From assembly GCA_910579535.1 (NCBI GenBank), contig CAJTUR010000003.1, positions 111-64,110 on the forward strand: DNA of 64,000 nt, in the 5' to 3' direction. This document shows positions 9,495 through 19,402 of this stretch, one piece after another. The DNA comes from an uncultured Bacilli bacterium. Lineage in GTDB: Bacteria; Bacillota_I; Bacilli_A; RF39; UBA660. Below the pieces are notes generated by a model. That model saw only the letters and a list, made by a program, of their open reading frames with translations. It made no database searches and was not told the origin of the DNA. Made by a program: the position numbers and the translations under genes. Each line of letters opens with the position of its first letter. The stretch's first letter is position 1.

Positions 9495-11804
9495 TCATTC
9501 TCCTGGTTTTGTAGTCATAAGTTTATATAATTTTGTATTTTTAGGAAATCTATTGATAAAGGGTACTAAAGAACTACTATATTTAATAAGTCCACATCCT
9601 GCGTCTGAGTTTGTTATATAACTCATTTGTTCATCAGAAATATTTAATAATTTTGCAAGTTCTTTTCTATCACTTGCTGCTTGATTAAGCATAACAATAA
9701 ACTCGCTATTTGATAGCATTGTAGAAGCATCGACCGAAGATAAAAGATACTCAACATTCTGTGTTATTGCGGTAGGATAAGCATTTCTCTTTCTAAATTG
9801 TCGCCATGCTGAATTAAAAAAAGTTGCTGAATACTCATTTTCAAATAAAACATGAATTTCGTCAATAAAGATATGAGTTCTTTTACCTTTCTTATAATTT
9901 TCTGATACTCTGTTTATCATAGCATCTGTAATAACTAATAATCCCATAGTCTTCAATTGTTTTCCTAATTTATAAATATCATAAGAAATAATTCTACTGT
10001 TTGTATCAACATTTGTTTCATGAGCAAAGACATTTAAAGAACCATTGGTAAATAATTCTAAAGATAAAGCAAGTTCTTTTGCTTCAATTTCTGGTTGTTC
10101 TAATAGTTTTTCTCTTAAAGTCATTAAGGTTGGTATTTGATTTGTATTTTCTTCATAAACAAGTGCAACACATCTATCTATTATTGACTTTTGTTTTGCT
10201 CCTAATCCCTTTTTATCTAATTGCTCAAACAAAGATAAAATAAATTCTGATTTATCAATCACAGGGTTTGCTCCGTCGCCATACCCCTCTAACATGTCCA
10301 TAGCATTGATATGATCTTTACTACTTGCTGATATTCCGATTACTTCACCCCCCATTGCTTTAACAAGAGTTGAATATTCTCCTTCAGGATCACATATCAA
10401 AATATCATCCGTTGTTGATAGGGCTAAAAAGACAATTAATTCTTTAGCACTAAATGATTTCCCAGAACCTGGTACACCAAGTAAAAAGGAAGATTGATTT
10501 AATAAATTTGCCTTATTAACCATAATAAGATTATGACTTATAGCATTTTCTCCATAATAAATTCCACCCTTATCTATTATTTCTTGTACTCTAAATGGAT
10601 TTAATACGGCTAAACTTTCAGTAGTCAATGTTCTTAAATTTTTAATCTTTCTAACTCCAATGGGCAAAGCGGTATTTAATCCATTCATTTGTTGATATTT
10701 AAGTGGAACAATTTGACACAAATGTTTTCTTCCGGTCATTAAAACTGTTTCCGTATCTGCTTCTAATTGTTCTTTTGTATCAGCAATGATGACTAAAGTT
10801 AAATTTGCAAACATCATTCGTTGATCCCTCGTTGTTAAATCATCTAAAAATTCTTTGCTTTCTTTTCTTTGTTGTTCCATGTCGTACGGAATAACTGCAC
10901 TAAAATTATTATTTGCATTTTGTTTTCGTTGCCAATTAGTGATATTTGTTTCTACACCTAATAATCTATTTTCTACTTCTCTTACTGCTTCATCAGTTGG
11001 AATAGGAATAACATCAATACTCATCATCATATTATTACTCATATCAGTCAATTCTGCTATAAAACTATCTTTGATATAACTTGCATAATCTTTTAGAAAG
11101 AAAACTCTACCAAACTTGTTTCCCATTTCAAAATAGTCATTTTTAAACGAGAAACCGTCAGGACAAATATAATCTTTAAAGTTATGTCCTTTTTTCATCA
11201 TATCTTGTATATTTAGGTTGTAATTTACTTCTTCGCCAATTCTATAAAAATCATGAAGTATTCTTAATTTTTCTATAGCATCTAACTCGATGCATTTGCT
11301 GCCTAGTTTGGCCAAATGCGATACAATATCATTTCCTATTCTTCTAAAATAATTCTTGGCTTCTTCATAATTTTTCTTAACTACTGAAACAGTAAGATAT
11401 ATTTCTCTTACCATACCATTGCTACCTATTGCTTTATCAAGTAACATTTGATTATATTCTTGTCTATAAATATCTAAGCCATCATTTTTAAAAGGTAATA
11501 ATATTTCTTTTTCAAAATCTTTTTTATTTATTCTTCTTAAAGCAACCGTAATTTTTGTTGTTGCTCCACTATCAAAGGAATTTAACAACTCTGAGTAATC
11601 TAAGAACATTGCTTCCTTATCTTCTTTTGAAGCTACAGCATAATTAATATCACTAAATTTATAAGTTAATGAATATTTATTTTTACCAACTAAAAAAATA
11701 CCATTCGTCCATAATTTTTGAATAGGTATTACTTTTTGAATATTTTTAGGAATACTAAAATCTTCCTTTTCTTGCTTTTGTATATTATTAAGTGCTTTTA
11801 TCAT
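9495..11804 (-). CDS. virB4: VirB4-like conjugal transfer ATPase
   Basis: 769 aa. Walker A is GVPGSGKS and Walker B is HIFIDEIH. Size and context match TcpF/PrgJ/VirB4-type ATPases. Confidence 0.9.
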   Translation of the reverse strand: MIKALNNIQKQEKEDFSIPKNIQKVIPIQKLWTNGIFLVGKNKYSLTYKFSDINYAVASKEDKEAMFLDYSELLNSFDSGATTKITVALRRINKKDFEKEILLPFKNDGLDIYRQEYNQMLLDKAIGSNGMVREIYLTVSVVKKNYEEAKNYFRRIGNDIVSHLAKLGSKCIELDAIEKLRILHDFYRIGEEVNYNLNIQDMMKKGHNFKDYICPDGFSFKNDYFEMGNKFGRVFFLKDYASYIKDSFIAELTDMSNNMMMSIDVIPIPTDEAVREVENRLLGVETNITNWQRKQNANNNFSAVIPYDMEQQRKESKEFLDDLTTRDQRMMFANLTLVIIADTKEQLEADTETVLMTGRKHLCQIVPLKYQQMNGLNTALPIGVRKIKNLRTLTTESLAVLNPFRVQEIIDKGGIYYGENAISHNLIMVNKANLLNQSSFLLGVPGSGKSFSAKELIVFLALSTTDDILICDPEGEYSTLVKAMGGEVIGISASSKDHINAMDMLEGYGDGANPVIDKSEFILSLFEQLDKKGLGAKQKSIIDRCVALVYEENTNQIPTLMTLREKLLEQPEIEAKELALSLELFTNGSLNVFAHETNVDTNSRIISYDIYKLGKQLKTMGLLVITDAMINRVSENYKKGKRTHIFIDEIHVLFENEYSATFFNSAWRQFRKRNAYPTAITQNVEYLLSSVDASTMLSNSEFIVMLNQAASDRKELAKLLNISDEQMSYITNSDAGCGLIKYSSSLVPFINRFPKNTKLYKLMTTKPGE

Positions 11805-12163
11805 TTTCTATTCACTTCCTCCTTTTCTTTTTGTACTAAACTCGACTTTATTGCTTCATAGTAAATATTTTCTGATTCAAATTTTAATTCTCTAGGTGTT
11901 AATACTTCTGATATTAAAAAGGCTTTAATAAACTGTTCTAAAGGCATTCCATTATATTTAAAAAAACCTAAACCTGCAAAAGGTAATGCTACTAAAATAC
12001 AAAGCCATGATGTTATTTCTTTATTAAGATACTTACTGGAAATAAAATATAATAATACTGCCACAATACACGCTAAGAGAGAAAAAATGAACTGCCTTAA
12101 TGACAGTCCAAAAAACACACTCTCCGTATAGTCTCTTATTTCTCTATTAATTTTAACTTCCAT
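11801..12163 (-). CDS. PrgI/TcpE-like small T4SS membrane protein
   Basis: 120 aa with two TM helices. Its stop overlaps the VirB4 start, the typical position of PrgI/TcpE family proteins. Confidence 0.5.
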   Translation of the reverse strand: MEVKINREIRDYTESVFFGLSLRQFIFSLLACIVAVLLYFISSKYLNKEITSWLCILVALPFAGLGFFKYNGMPLEQFIKAFLISEVLTPRELKFESENIYYEAIKSSLVQKEKEEVNRK

Positions 12164-12165
12164 TA

Positions 12166-12453
12166 TTACCTATTCCTTTCCTGCTTTTTTTGTTCTTTTA
12201 CATCTTGATAAACAAAATTACACAAATCGTTTAAACTTAAACTACACATTTCTTTCGCAATATTTAATGCTGAAAACATATAATCATCTGTAATCATATT
12301 ATTTTTTGCATTTTCTTTTTTTGTTCGTATTTTAACTATAGAATAAATATTTTCATCTTGTAAATTTATTCTTCCATACTCGTACAAAAAACAAAGGGCA
12401 AGATGATTTAAAACTCTATCATTTTTCTTTAATTTGTTTAAAATATTATTCAT
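12166..12453 (-). CDS. Hypothetical protein
   Basis: 95-aa ORF tightly packed in the T4SS operon. No motif recognised. Confidence 0.45.
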   Translation of the reverse strand: MNNILNKLKKNDRVLNHLALCFLYEYGRINLQDENIYSIVKIRTKKENAKNNMITDDYMFSALNIAKEMCSLSLNDLCNFVYQDVKEQKKQERNR

Positions 12454-12457
12454 TTTC

Positions 12458-12901
12458 TTACCTTTCTTTCTCTTTGAATTTAATCATATGAGTATCATAA
12501 AAAGAAGAGATATACTTTTTTATATCTTCTTCTACAATTTCATACTCATTATTAGCTAATTCTTTTTCTCTTTCAGTCTTGACTGATAAATATTTCCTAA
12601 AAGTCTCATTTTCATTGGTTTTTAATTGCATAAAATTTGTATCTTCCCATAATAAATTAGCAATATAATTTAATCTTTGTAAAATCTTATTACTATCACT
12701 TAACACTTTGATATTTCCTGTCATTAGTCCATTAGTGATAAACCATTTTTCAAAATCTTTTTGCCCTAATTCATTATATTTTTTTGTTAAACCAATATTT
12801 TCTTCACTATAATAATCTTTTGGAAAAACATTATTACTACATTGTCTAGTATAAATCTTACCATTTTTATAAGTCATACTTTTAAAAAGTTCTCTACTCA
12901 T
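12458..12901 (-). CDS. Hypothetical protein
   Basis: 147-aa ORF with a 4-nt overlap with the upstream gene. No motif recognised. Confidence 0.45.
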   Translation of the reverse strand: MSRELFKSMTYKNGKIYTRQCSNNVFPKDYYSEENIGLTKKYNELGQKDFEKWFITNGLMTGNIKVLSDSNKILQRLNYIANLLWEDTNFMQLKTNENETFRKYLSVKTEREKELANNEYEIVEEDIKKYISSFYDTHMIKFKEKER

Positions 12902-14097
12902 ATTTCCTTATCACTCTTATCTGAGTCCTTATCAAAAGTATGAGCTAAATTACCTCCATTGATTACTTTATCAAAGTCTTGTTTTGCCTTTTCAAAATTA
13001 TTGTAATAATAATGTCCATAACCCCAAGAAATTTCATTATTAGTAATCTTATAACTAAAGGCAATGACATATTCCTTTGCAAATATTTGACTTTTCCTTT
13101 TTCTTTCTACTAATGCAATAGGTTCTTTTTTTCTATAACCTACATCAAGCACAATAGCATTATTTAATTCTCTTGTTTTTTTAGATCTTTTTACTTCTAC
13201 AAATTCTTTATATTTTTTCTTTATCTCAATTTTGTTCTTATCAAACCATTGCTCTAGCATTTCAAAGTCTGAATGCTTTTCATTTTTGTATTCTTCACTT
13301 TTTAAGAATTCTCCTGCAATCATATCACAGAAGTCATAACTTATATCATTTTCTGGTGTTGCTGACTTTGAAAGCATATTATTTAATAAGTCATACCCTA
13401 GCACAAAAGTAAAATAGGCTTTTTCTCTTTCCAAAAATTGTTCTTTAAAATAAACTTCATCAATATAATTTTTAATATTTTGTTTTAAGCCTATTGTTTT
13501 TAAAGAAACTGTTTCTCGTTCTTCCTTGTTTCTATAATCTTCCTCATTATCATAAATATAAACTAAATTTTCTTGAGGTTTATCATTGTTCAAATCCTCT
13601 ACTTCAATAATATAGCCTCTATATTCAATTTTTTCATTTTTTGCTAATCCCTCAAAATATTTCATAATATTTGGAGTATCAAAACCTGTTTTATTATCTA
13701 AATATTCTTTTGTAATTCCATTTTCTGCACAATATTGCAAATAATTTTGAACTCCATCTTTGTAATCAATATCCGTAGGATATAATTCGTTAATAGAGTT
13801 CCATATATTATAATGAACATTATCTGTCATATAAGCAATTTGTTTACCTTCTTCTAAATAATTATAAATATAATAATCAAAATTAAATTCCCATTCAGGA
13901 ACATTTGAATAACCTTTATTATTATTTTGAGTAAAAGGTGTGAATTCTATCGTCTCATTTTCATCACTTGCCAATGTATAAGTTTCTTTACTTTCAGGAT
14001 CAACTAATATATAGTCAATTTGTTTATTTTGATGTTCTGGATTTTTCATTAATTTTTTTTCAATTTCTTCTTTTATTTTTTTTATATTTTCGTACAA
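12898..14097 (-). CDS. Hypothetical acidic cytoplasmic protein
   Basis: 399 aa, Glu/Asp/Tyr-rich, with no TM and no recognised motif. Confidence 0.5.
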   Translation of the reverse strand: MYENIKKIKEEIEKKLMKNPEHQNKQIDYILVDPESKETYTLASDENETIEFTPFTQNNNKGYSNVPEWEFNFDYYIYNYLEEGKQIAYMTDNVHYNIWNSINELYPTDIDYKDGVQNYLQYCAENGITKEYLDNKTGFDTPNIMKYFEGLAKNEKIEYRGYIIEVEDLNNDKPQENLVYIYDNEEDYRNKEERETVSLKTIGLKQNIKNYIDEVYFKEQFLEREKAYFTFVLGYDLLNNMLSKSATPENDISYDFCDMIAGEFLKSEEYKNEKHSDFEMLEQWFDKNKIEIKKKYKEFVEVKRSKKTRELNNAIVLDVGYRKKEPIALVERKRKSQIFAKEYVIAFSYKITNNEISWGYGHYYYNNFEKAKQDFDKVINGGNLAHTFDKDSDKSDKEI

Positions 14098-14107
14098 AAA
14101 TATCGCC

Positions 14108-14953
14108 TTATAATCCCATCATTTCTCGAACGACTCTATCGGACATTTTTACTGTACCCACTAAAACGAGCATATTAAATATTAGTTCTCCGATATATTT
14201 CCATACTTGAGTGACTGCCGCCGCATTTACATCTACAATTGGTGGAGATGAAGCAAACAAAGAAAATATAATACAAGACAAAACTATAATTGCTCCCTCT
14301 AAACAAACCGCTGTAAAAGATTTAAGAAAACTTTTTGCAACATTTTGTGTTGGTTCTCCTGCCACAGTTGAAAGTGGTATAGGTGCAATAGCGGTATATA
14401 AATACAATTTAAAAAATCTTCCATACACAGTTAAAATCATGATAAAAGATAAAACGGTAATAAATAGTCCTCCTATTAAAGTGACTGCCCAAAGTGGGAT
14501 ACTTTCAAAAAAACCGCAATCTTCTATTGCTTCTATTATTTGTTGTGGCAATACAGTATTAGTGACATTTCCAATTTTTGAGGTAGTCATTATTGTTGAT
14601 AATAAACCCTGAACTATTTTAAATATAGATAACATTAATTCAAGACCATAAGTTACTATTCCTTTTGCAATGGCAAATCTTACAAATAATTTTAAAATAT
14701 GTTCTGGTTTTTTAACTTCTGTAAAAGAACCACATGTTTTTATAATGCCTACAACAAAAAATAAAACTAGTAATGCAAGTCCTATAGCTTGTACTGCACC
14801 ATTAATTTTTAATATTACTTGCCATATAGTTCCACCTTTAAAAGTTTCTGGAGATTGAGTAATTAAAGACCATATTTCTCCTAATTTACTATTCCAAGTA
14901 TTTAAAGCATTTTCTAAATTTTGCACAATCCAACTTTCATTTAGTATTAACAA
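14108..14953 (-). CDS. Polytopic T4SS membrane protein (VirB6/TrbL-like)
   Basis: 281 aa with at least 5 predicted TM helices. Lies between the VirB2/Maff2-like gene and the VirB4 region, and resembles the CD0415/CD1112-type family from clostridial ICEs (from memory). Confidence 0.55.
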   Translation of the reverse strand: MLILNESWIVQNLENALNTWNSKLGEIWSLITQSPETFKGGTIWQVILKINGAVQAIGLALLVLFFVVGIIKTCGSFTEVKKPEHILKLFVRFAIAKGIVTYGLELMLSIFKIVQGLLSTIMTTSKIGNVTNTVLPQQIIEAIEDCGFFESIPLWAVTLIGGLFITVLSFIMILTVYGRFFKLYLYTAIAPIPLSTVAGEPTQNVAKSFLKSFTAVCLEGAIIVLSCIIFSLFASSPPIVDVNAAAVTQVWKYIGELIFNMLVLVGTVKMSDRVVREMMGL

Positions 14954-15018
14954 TTGTTACACCTCCTATAAATAGTGACGAAAGGTAAAATTTTATCTAC
15001 CTTTTTTATGAAATTAGA

Positions 15019-15366
15019 TTAGCCGGAAATTATATTTAAAATTGTTTTAGAACACATAATGATTACTCCGCCTGCAAAAAATAAAAAGCCATTGGCTCTT
15101 TGTGAAGCATCATGACTTGTAAACGATAAACCAATTTGGACTATTGCATAGCCTACAATAATTCCGCCAATAACTTTGGTTAACTGAAATATAAAATCTG
15201 ACAAGTTATTAACAACACTAATCGGATCGTCTTCTGCTGCAAAAACATTAGGAATTAAAATAAACATTAATCCTAAACTTATTAAAATAAACAAATAAAT
15301 CTTAAAACTTTTTTTTGATTTTTTTTCAATTTCTTCTTTTTTAATTCTTTTTTTCACCTTTATCAT
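15019..15366 (-). CDS. Small secreted 2-TM protein (Maff2/VirB2-like)
   Basis: 115 aa. Signal-like segment FILISLGLMFILIPNVFA followed by two hydrophobic helices. It starts inside the last 26 nt of virD4. Confidence 0.45.
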   Translation of the reverse strand: MIKVKKRIKKEEIEKKSKKSFKIYLFILISLGLMFILIPNVFAAEDDPISVVNNLSDFIFQLTKVIGGIIVGYAIVQIGLSFTSHDASQRANGFLFFAGGVIIMCSKTILNIISG

Positions 15367-17161
15367 TCCTTTCTTTTAAATATTCGTCCATATCTTCACT
15401 AGATATAATTTCCAAAAATTCTTCTATATTTTCCATATTTTTAAATTCATAATCATGAATATCAAAATCAATATTAACAGTTGCAATGGCATTATCGGTT
15501 CTACCATGTTCATAAGGTTTTGCTTTTCCATCAGTAGTAAATGCCACATTAGGATGTTTCAAAATATTATATTTTAAATCTTTAATAGGTCTTTCTCCTC
15601 GAACAAATAAAATAGCATATTTGTTATCTAACATTCTAACTTCGTCTGGTGTTAACAAATCTCTTCCTGTCTGCTGATAATTTGTGGAATAGTTTCCATT
15701 TCTTCCATGACTTTTTCCATACGTGTTTAAATCCAAATTTTCTTTTCCCATAAGTTCACTGACATACTTATGTGTGGACTGTTCATTTCCACCAAGATAA
15801 AGAAATGAATCACAATTTCCTACGATGCTCTCCCACTGTTTTTCAAACAATGCTTTTAATTGTGCAAGATTTTGTAAAATGATTGATACTGATACCTCTC
15901 TACTTCGCATAACTGACAAAATTTTATCGAAATCATCTGGTAAACTAACATTTGCAAATTCATCCATAACAAAATGAACATGTACAGGCAATCTTCCTCC
16001 GTATTTATGATCTGCAATATAAAAAAGTTGCTGAAATAATTGTGTATATAAAATACTAACTATAAAATTGAATGATGTATCATTGTCTGGAATAAGTGCA
16101 AATAAAGCGGTTTTCTTTTCGCCAAGTGTTTCCAATTGTAACTCGTCTGTCATAGTTAACATAGATAAACTTTCTAAATTAAATTTTTCTAATCGAGAAG
16201 CAAGTGTGATTTGAATTGATTTTAAAGTTTTAGCCGAGCCACTATGATAATCTCTATAATATTTAAGTGCAATATGTTCTGGATTTCTTTTTTCTAATTT
16301 TTCGAATAAGACATCAAGAGGACTCATATACATATCATCGTCCTCTTTAACATCTCCCGCTCTTAACATTTCCATTACCATAGTAAAATTTTGTTCTTCT
16401 TCAGGTGCTTCATAGAAAAGATAAAAAATTAGAGCAAGTAAAAGCATAGAGGCTGCGGTGTCCCAAAATGGATCATTCGATTGGCTTCCTTTTGGAGTTG
16501 TCGATTTAAATAGATTAGTAACTAATTTTTGTACATCATTATCATTCTTTAAGTAAACAAAAGGGTTATAACAATGTGATTTGTGCATATTAATTAAATC
16601 TAATACTTTAACTGTATAGCCCTTTTTTTCTAACAACACTCCTGTATCTCGAACAATTTCTCCTTTTGGATCAAGGATGACAAAGGAACAATTACATTGC
16701 ATTATATTTGGTTTTGCAAAAAATCTAGTTTTGCCTGCTCCACTACCTCCACAAATGAGTAGATTTAAATTTCTTCTATGTTTTCTTCCGTCTAAGCCTA
16801 TACAAAAATTCTGTGTTAAAATTTTATTGTTATTACTTTTAGGCTCTTCATACTTTTTACTAATGCTTTTTGCACTTCCCCATTTTGCACTTCCATATTC
16901 TTCATTTCTTCTATAATTCTTTCTAGAAGAAAAATAAATGCCTATACCTATTCCATAAGTAAGCAACAAAAAAAGAACAGTTTTAATGCTATTCTTACAA
17001 AATTCAATTTTAAAGGGACTATCTAATGCTTTAGTTACATTTTTTAACAAATTAGTTATTCCTGTATCTACATAAGGAGCGACTAGAAGTGCAAACCATA
17101 CAACAGGTATAATTCCTACTAAACTTAATATAATCTTTTGTTTTTTAAAATCTTCTCTCAT
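15341..17161 (-). CDS. virD4: VirD4/TraG-like type IV coupling protein
   Basis: 606 aa with two N-terminal TM helices. Walker A is GGSGAGKT and Walker B is HFVMDEFAN. Confidence 0.9.
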   Translation of the reverse strand: MREDFKKQKIILSLVGIIPVVWFALLVAPYVDTGITNLLKNVTKALDSPFKIEFCKNSIKTVLFLLLTYGIGIGIYFSSRKNYRRNEEYGSAKWGSAKSISKKYEEPKSNNNKILTQNFCIGLDGRKHRRNLNLLICGGSGAGKTRFFAKPNIMQCNCSFVILDPKGEIVRDTGVLLEKKGYTVKVLDLINMHKSHCYNPFVYLKNDNDVQKLVTNLFKSTTPKGSQSNDPFWDTAASMLLLALIFYLFYEAPEEEQNFTMVMEMLRAGDVKEDDDMYMSPLDVLFEKLEKRNPEHIALKYYRDYHSGSAKTLKSIQITLASRLEKFNLESLSMLTMTDELQLETLGEKKTALFALIPDNDTSFNFIVSILYTQLFQQLFYIADHKYGGRLPVHVHFVMDEFANVSLPDDFDKILSVMRSREVSVSIILQNLAQLKALFEKQWESIVGNCDSFLYLGGNEQSTHKYVSELMGKENLDLNTYGKSHGRNGNYSTNYQQTGRDLLTPDEVRMLDNKYAILFVRGERPIKDLKYNILKHPNVAFTTDGKAKPYEHGRTDNAIATVNIDFDIHDYEFKNMENIEEFLEIISSEDMDEYLKERNDKGEKKN

Positions 17162-17480
17162 TACCTCTCCCAGTTTTCCTTAAAATTAGTTTTTTTTTAC
17201 CAGTTTCATCAATCATTTTCAATAAAATATCATTGACATCAGTTCTAGGCTGATTTTCGCTTTTTAATTTGTAACGCATAGCATTTAAAGCATTAATAAC
17301 TATACCTGTATCAAAAGTATCTAATTCTATTTTGCTTTTATCACTTATTTTAAGAATAATTTCATCAATAGAATCGGTTGACCTATCTTGAGCAAATAGA
17401 TAATTTTTAAACATTGTGAGAGATGAAAGAATTAATTTCCTTTCAGTATCACACAATTCTAACTTTATTTTATCTTTCAT
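17145..17480 (-). CDS. Hypothetical protein
   Basis: 111-aa ORF that overlaps the virD4 start by 17 nt. Confidence 0.45.
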   Translation of the reverse strand: MKDKIKLELCDTERKLILSSLTMFKNYLFAQDRSTDSIDEIILKISDKSKIELDTFDTGIVINALNAMRYKLKSENQPRTDVNDILLKMIDETGKKKLILRKTGRGNERRF

Positions 17481-17483
17481 GCT

Positions 17484-18356
17484 TTATCTCTCTTGTTCTT
17501 TGTTTGTTACTTCTCTTCTTTTCTCGTCTAAATAATTGCTCATTCGGTTATTAATATCTAGTAATACTTCCTTCATAGAAGTTAAATCATTCGCAATATC
17601 TGGATTTTCCATATTAGAATATTTTGAACAAAGGTTATCAATGCTATTTATTGAAGCATCAATTCCATACTTTTTACAAATCATATAACTTACACAATCA
17701 GCCTTTTCATTATCAATATCAATATCAATATCATGATTATTCTCCACAAATCCTACTTTCGCAAGTTCAGTAGCTACTGATTTAATAATCAAATCTGCAT
17801 CATCATTTCTACAAATATAGAGAACATTATCTTCTTTATTCCATTCACATACTTTATTATTTTCTAAACTATCTACTGCTTTTATTGTAACAGGACATTC
17901 ATGTAATAATGCTTGTAAAATAAATTTTTTATCATAACTTTTTATATTAGGTTTACTATTTGTTTCAGAAATATCGATTACTTCTTTCGCATTAATGGGT
18001 GTAATTTCTTCCCCATTTTTATTAATATAAGTTTCTCCTGGTTCAATTATAATCATGGTTTTTGGTTTTAAAGTTTTAAAAGAAACTTTTAATTCTCTCC
18101 AATCATTTCTAGTTTTTAGTTGTTTGGCTTCTGGCATTTGTTTTGTGATTAATAAAGCATTTCTAGGAGTATACATATCAAATCGACTTTGCACATCCAT
18201 ATACTTTTTGAAAAAAGATGGATTGTTTTTTAATTCTTCTAAAGCCTCATCTATTATTTTGTATGCTTTATCTTTTTGTTCTTTTTTCTTTAATTTATAG
18301 GCTTCTTTATCATAACTTTTATTAGAAGCATTATTTGAAATAATCTCATCAATCAT
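17484..18356 (-). CDS. Hypothetical protein, possibly ArdC-N-like ssDNA-binding
   Basis: 290 aa. The region YMDVQSRFDMYTPRNALLITKQMPEAKQLKTRNDW loosely recalls the ArdC N-terminal domain. This is a weak call. Confidence 0.3.
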   Translation of the reverse strand: MIDEIISNNASNKSYDKEAYKLKKKEQKDKAYKIIDEALEELKNNPSFFKKYMDVQSRFDMYTPRNALLITKQMPEAKQLKTRNDWRELKVSFKTLKPKTMIIIEPGETYINKNGEEITPINAKEVIDISETNSKPNIKSYDKKFILQALLHECPVTIKAVDSLENNKVCEWNKEDNVLYICRNDDADLIIKSVATELAKVGFVENNHDIDIDIDNEKADCVSYMICKKYGIDASINSIDNLCSKYSNMENPDIANDLTSMKEVLLDINNRMSNYLDEKRREVTNKEQER

Positions 18357-18357
18357 A

Positions 18358-19176
18358 CTATCTCTCCTTACCTTTCTTTATTGTTTTCGATTTAGAAGCA
18401 TTGCTCGTGGTTTCTTTAATTTTACTCTCTGTTTTTTTATTGTTCTTTTTCTCTCGAACTGCTCTGGACTTACCATTTTTCTTTTGTTCCTCTTTTATTT
18501 TTTTTAAATCTTCACGAACAGAAGGCTTTTTTTGATTAGTAGCCACCCCTGAGTTTTTTTTGTTCTTTGATGAAGTCTCTGACAGAGGGCTTTTTTCTGT
18601 CGTGGTTAAATTGGGGTTTGGCATCTCATTTTCCTCCTTTTTAATAGGTTTTGACATTATGTCATCAACAAGTTTTTCTTCATCAGACTTGACTTCTACT
18701 CCTCTTTCCTTAGCATCTTTAATCATTTCTTCAATTTTTTCTTGTTCAATTTCACTTTTTATAGACGCCATATCAACTGTCGATAATTTAAATCTGTCTA
18801 CAATACGATTTACTTTAGGTGCATCTTCTGCCCTAACCATAATATCAACCATTCCATCATAATCTGGGTGTTTTTTATCTATTAAAGCACTATAAAGTAC
18901 TCCATACTTTTTTGATTCTTCGTGAAATTTTTCTAACTCATTTTCTTTTAAAGAAAATATTTGCAATGGACTACCAGATTTTAACATATTGTTTAATTTA
19001 GTTTTTCCTTTTGTCATTTGTTTATCTTTGGCGATTGTATAAAGTAAAACTGCTATTTTCTCTGCACCTATTCCTGTAATTTTTGCTGCAACCTCGAAAC
19101 CCTCGAGCGACATTTTTACAATCGATTCTGCTGCTTCACTAGAGTTCATTCTATCCCTCCTTTCTTTTTTTATCAA
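18358..19176 (-). CDS. PcfB/DUF3801-family conjugation protein
   Basis: N-terminus AAESIVKMSLEGFEVAAKITGIGAEKIAVLLYTIAK..LKSGSPLQIFSL..KKYGVLYSAL, followed by a Lys/Glu-rich tail. Confidence 0.6.
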   Translation of the reverse strand: MIKKERRDRMNSSEAAESIVKMSLEGFEVAAKITGIGAEKIAVLLYTIAKDKQMTKGKTKLNNMLKSGSPLQIFSLKENELEKFHEESKKYGVLYSALIDKKHPDYDGMVDIMVRAEDAPKVNRIVDRFKLSTVDMASIKSEIEQEKIEEMIKDAKERGVEVKSDEEKLVDDIMSKPIKKEENEMPNPNLTTTEKSPLSETSSKNKKNSGVATNQKKPSVREDLKKIKEEQKKNGKSRAVREKKNNKKTESKIKETTSNASKSKTIKKGKER

Positions 19177-19402
19177 AACGAACTCAAAATTTTAATATTA
19201 CATTTGTACCACCTCCTTTAATTTTTGACAAAAAAAAATGCTTCAACGAGAAATTCGTAGAAACATAAATTACTTGATTAATATATGCTTTAAAATTTTT
19301 TTAATTATGTGATCTCCTATCTCTATAATCATGAACTGTTGTTCGTTTTTCTGATTTTAATTAAAAGAAAACTTTTTTGAAATTTAAAGACAAAAGATTT
19401 TA

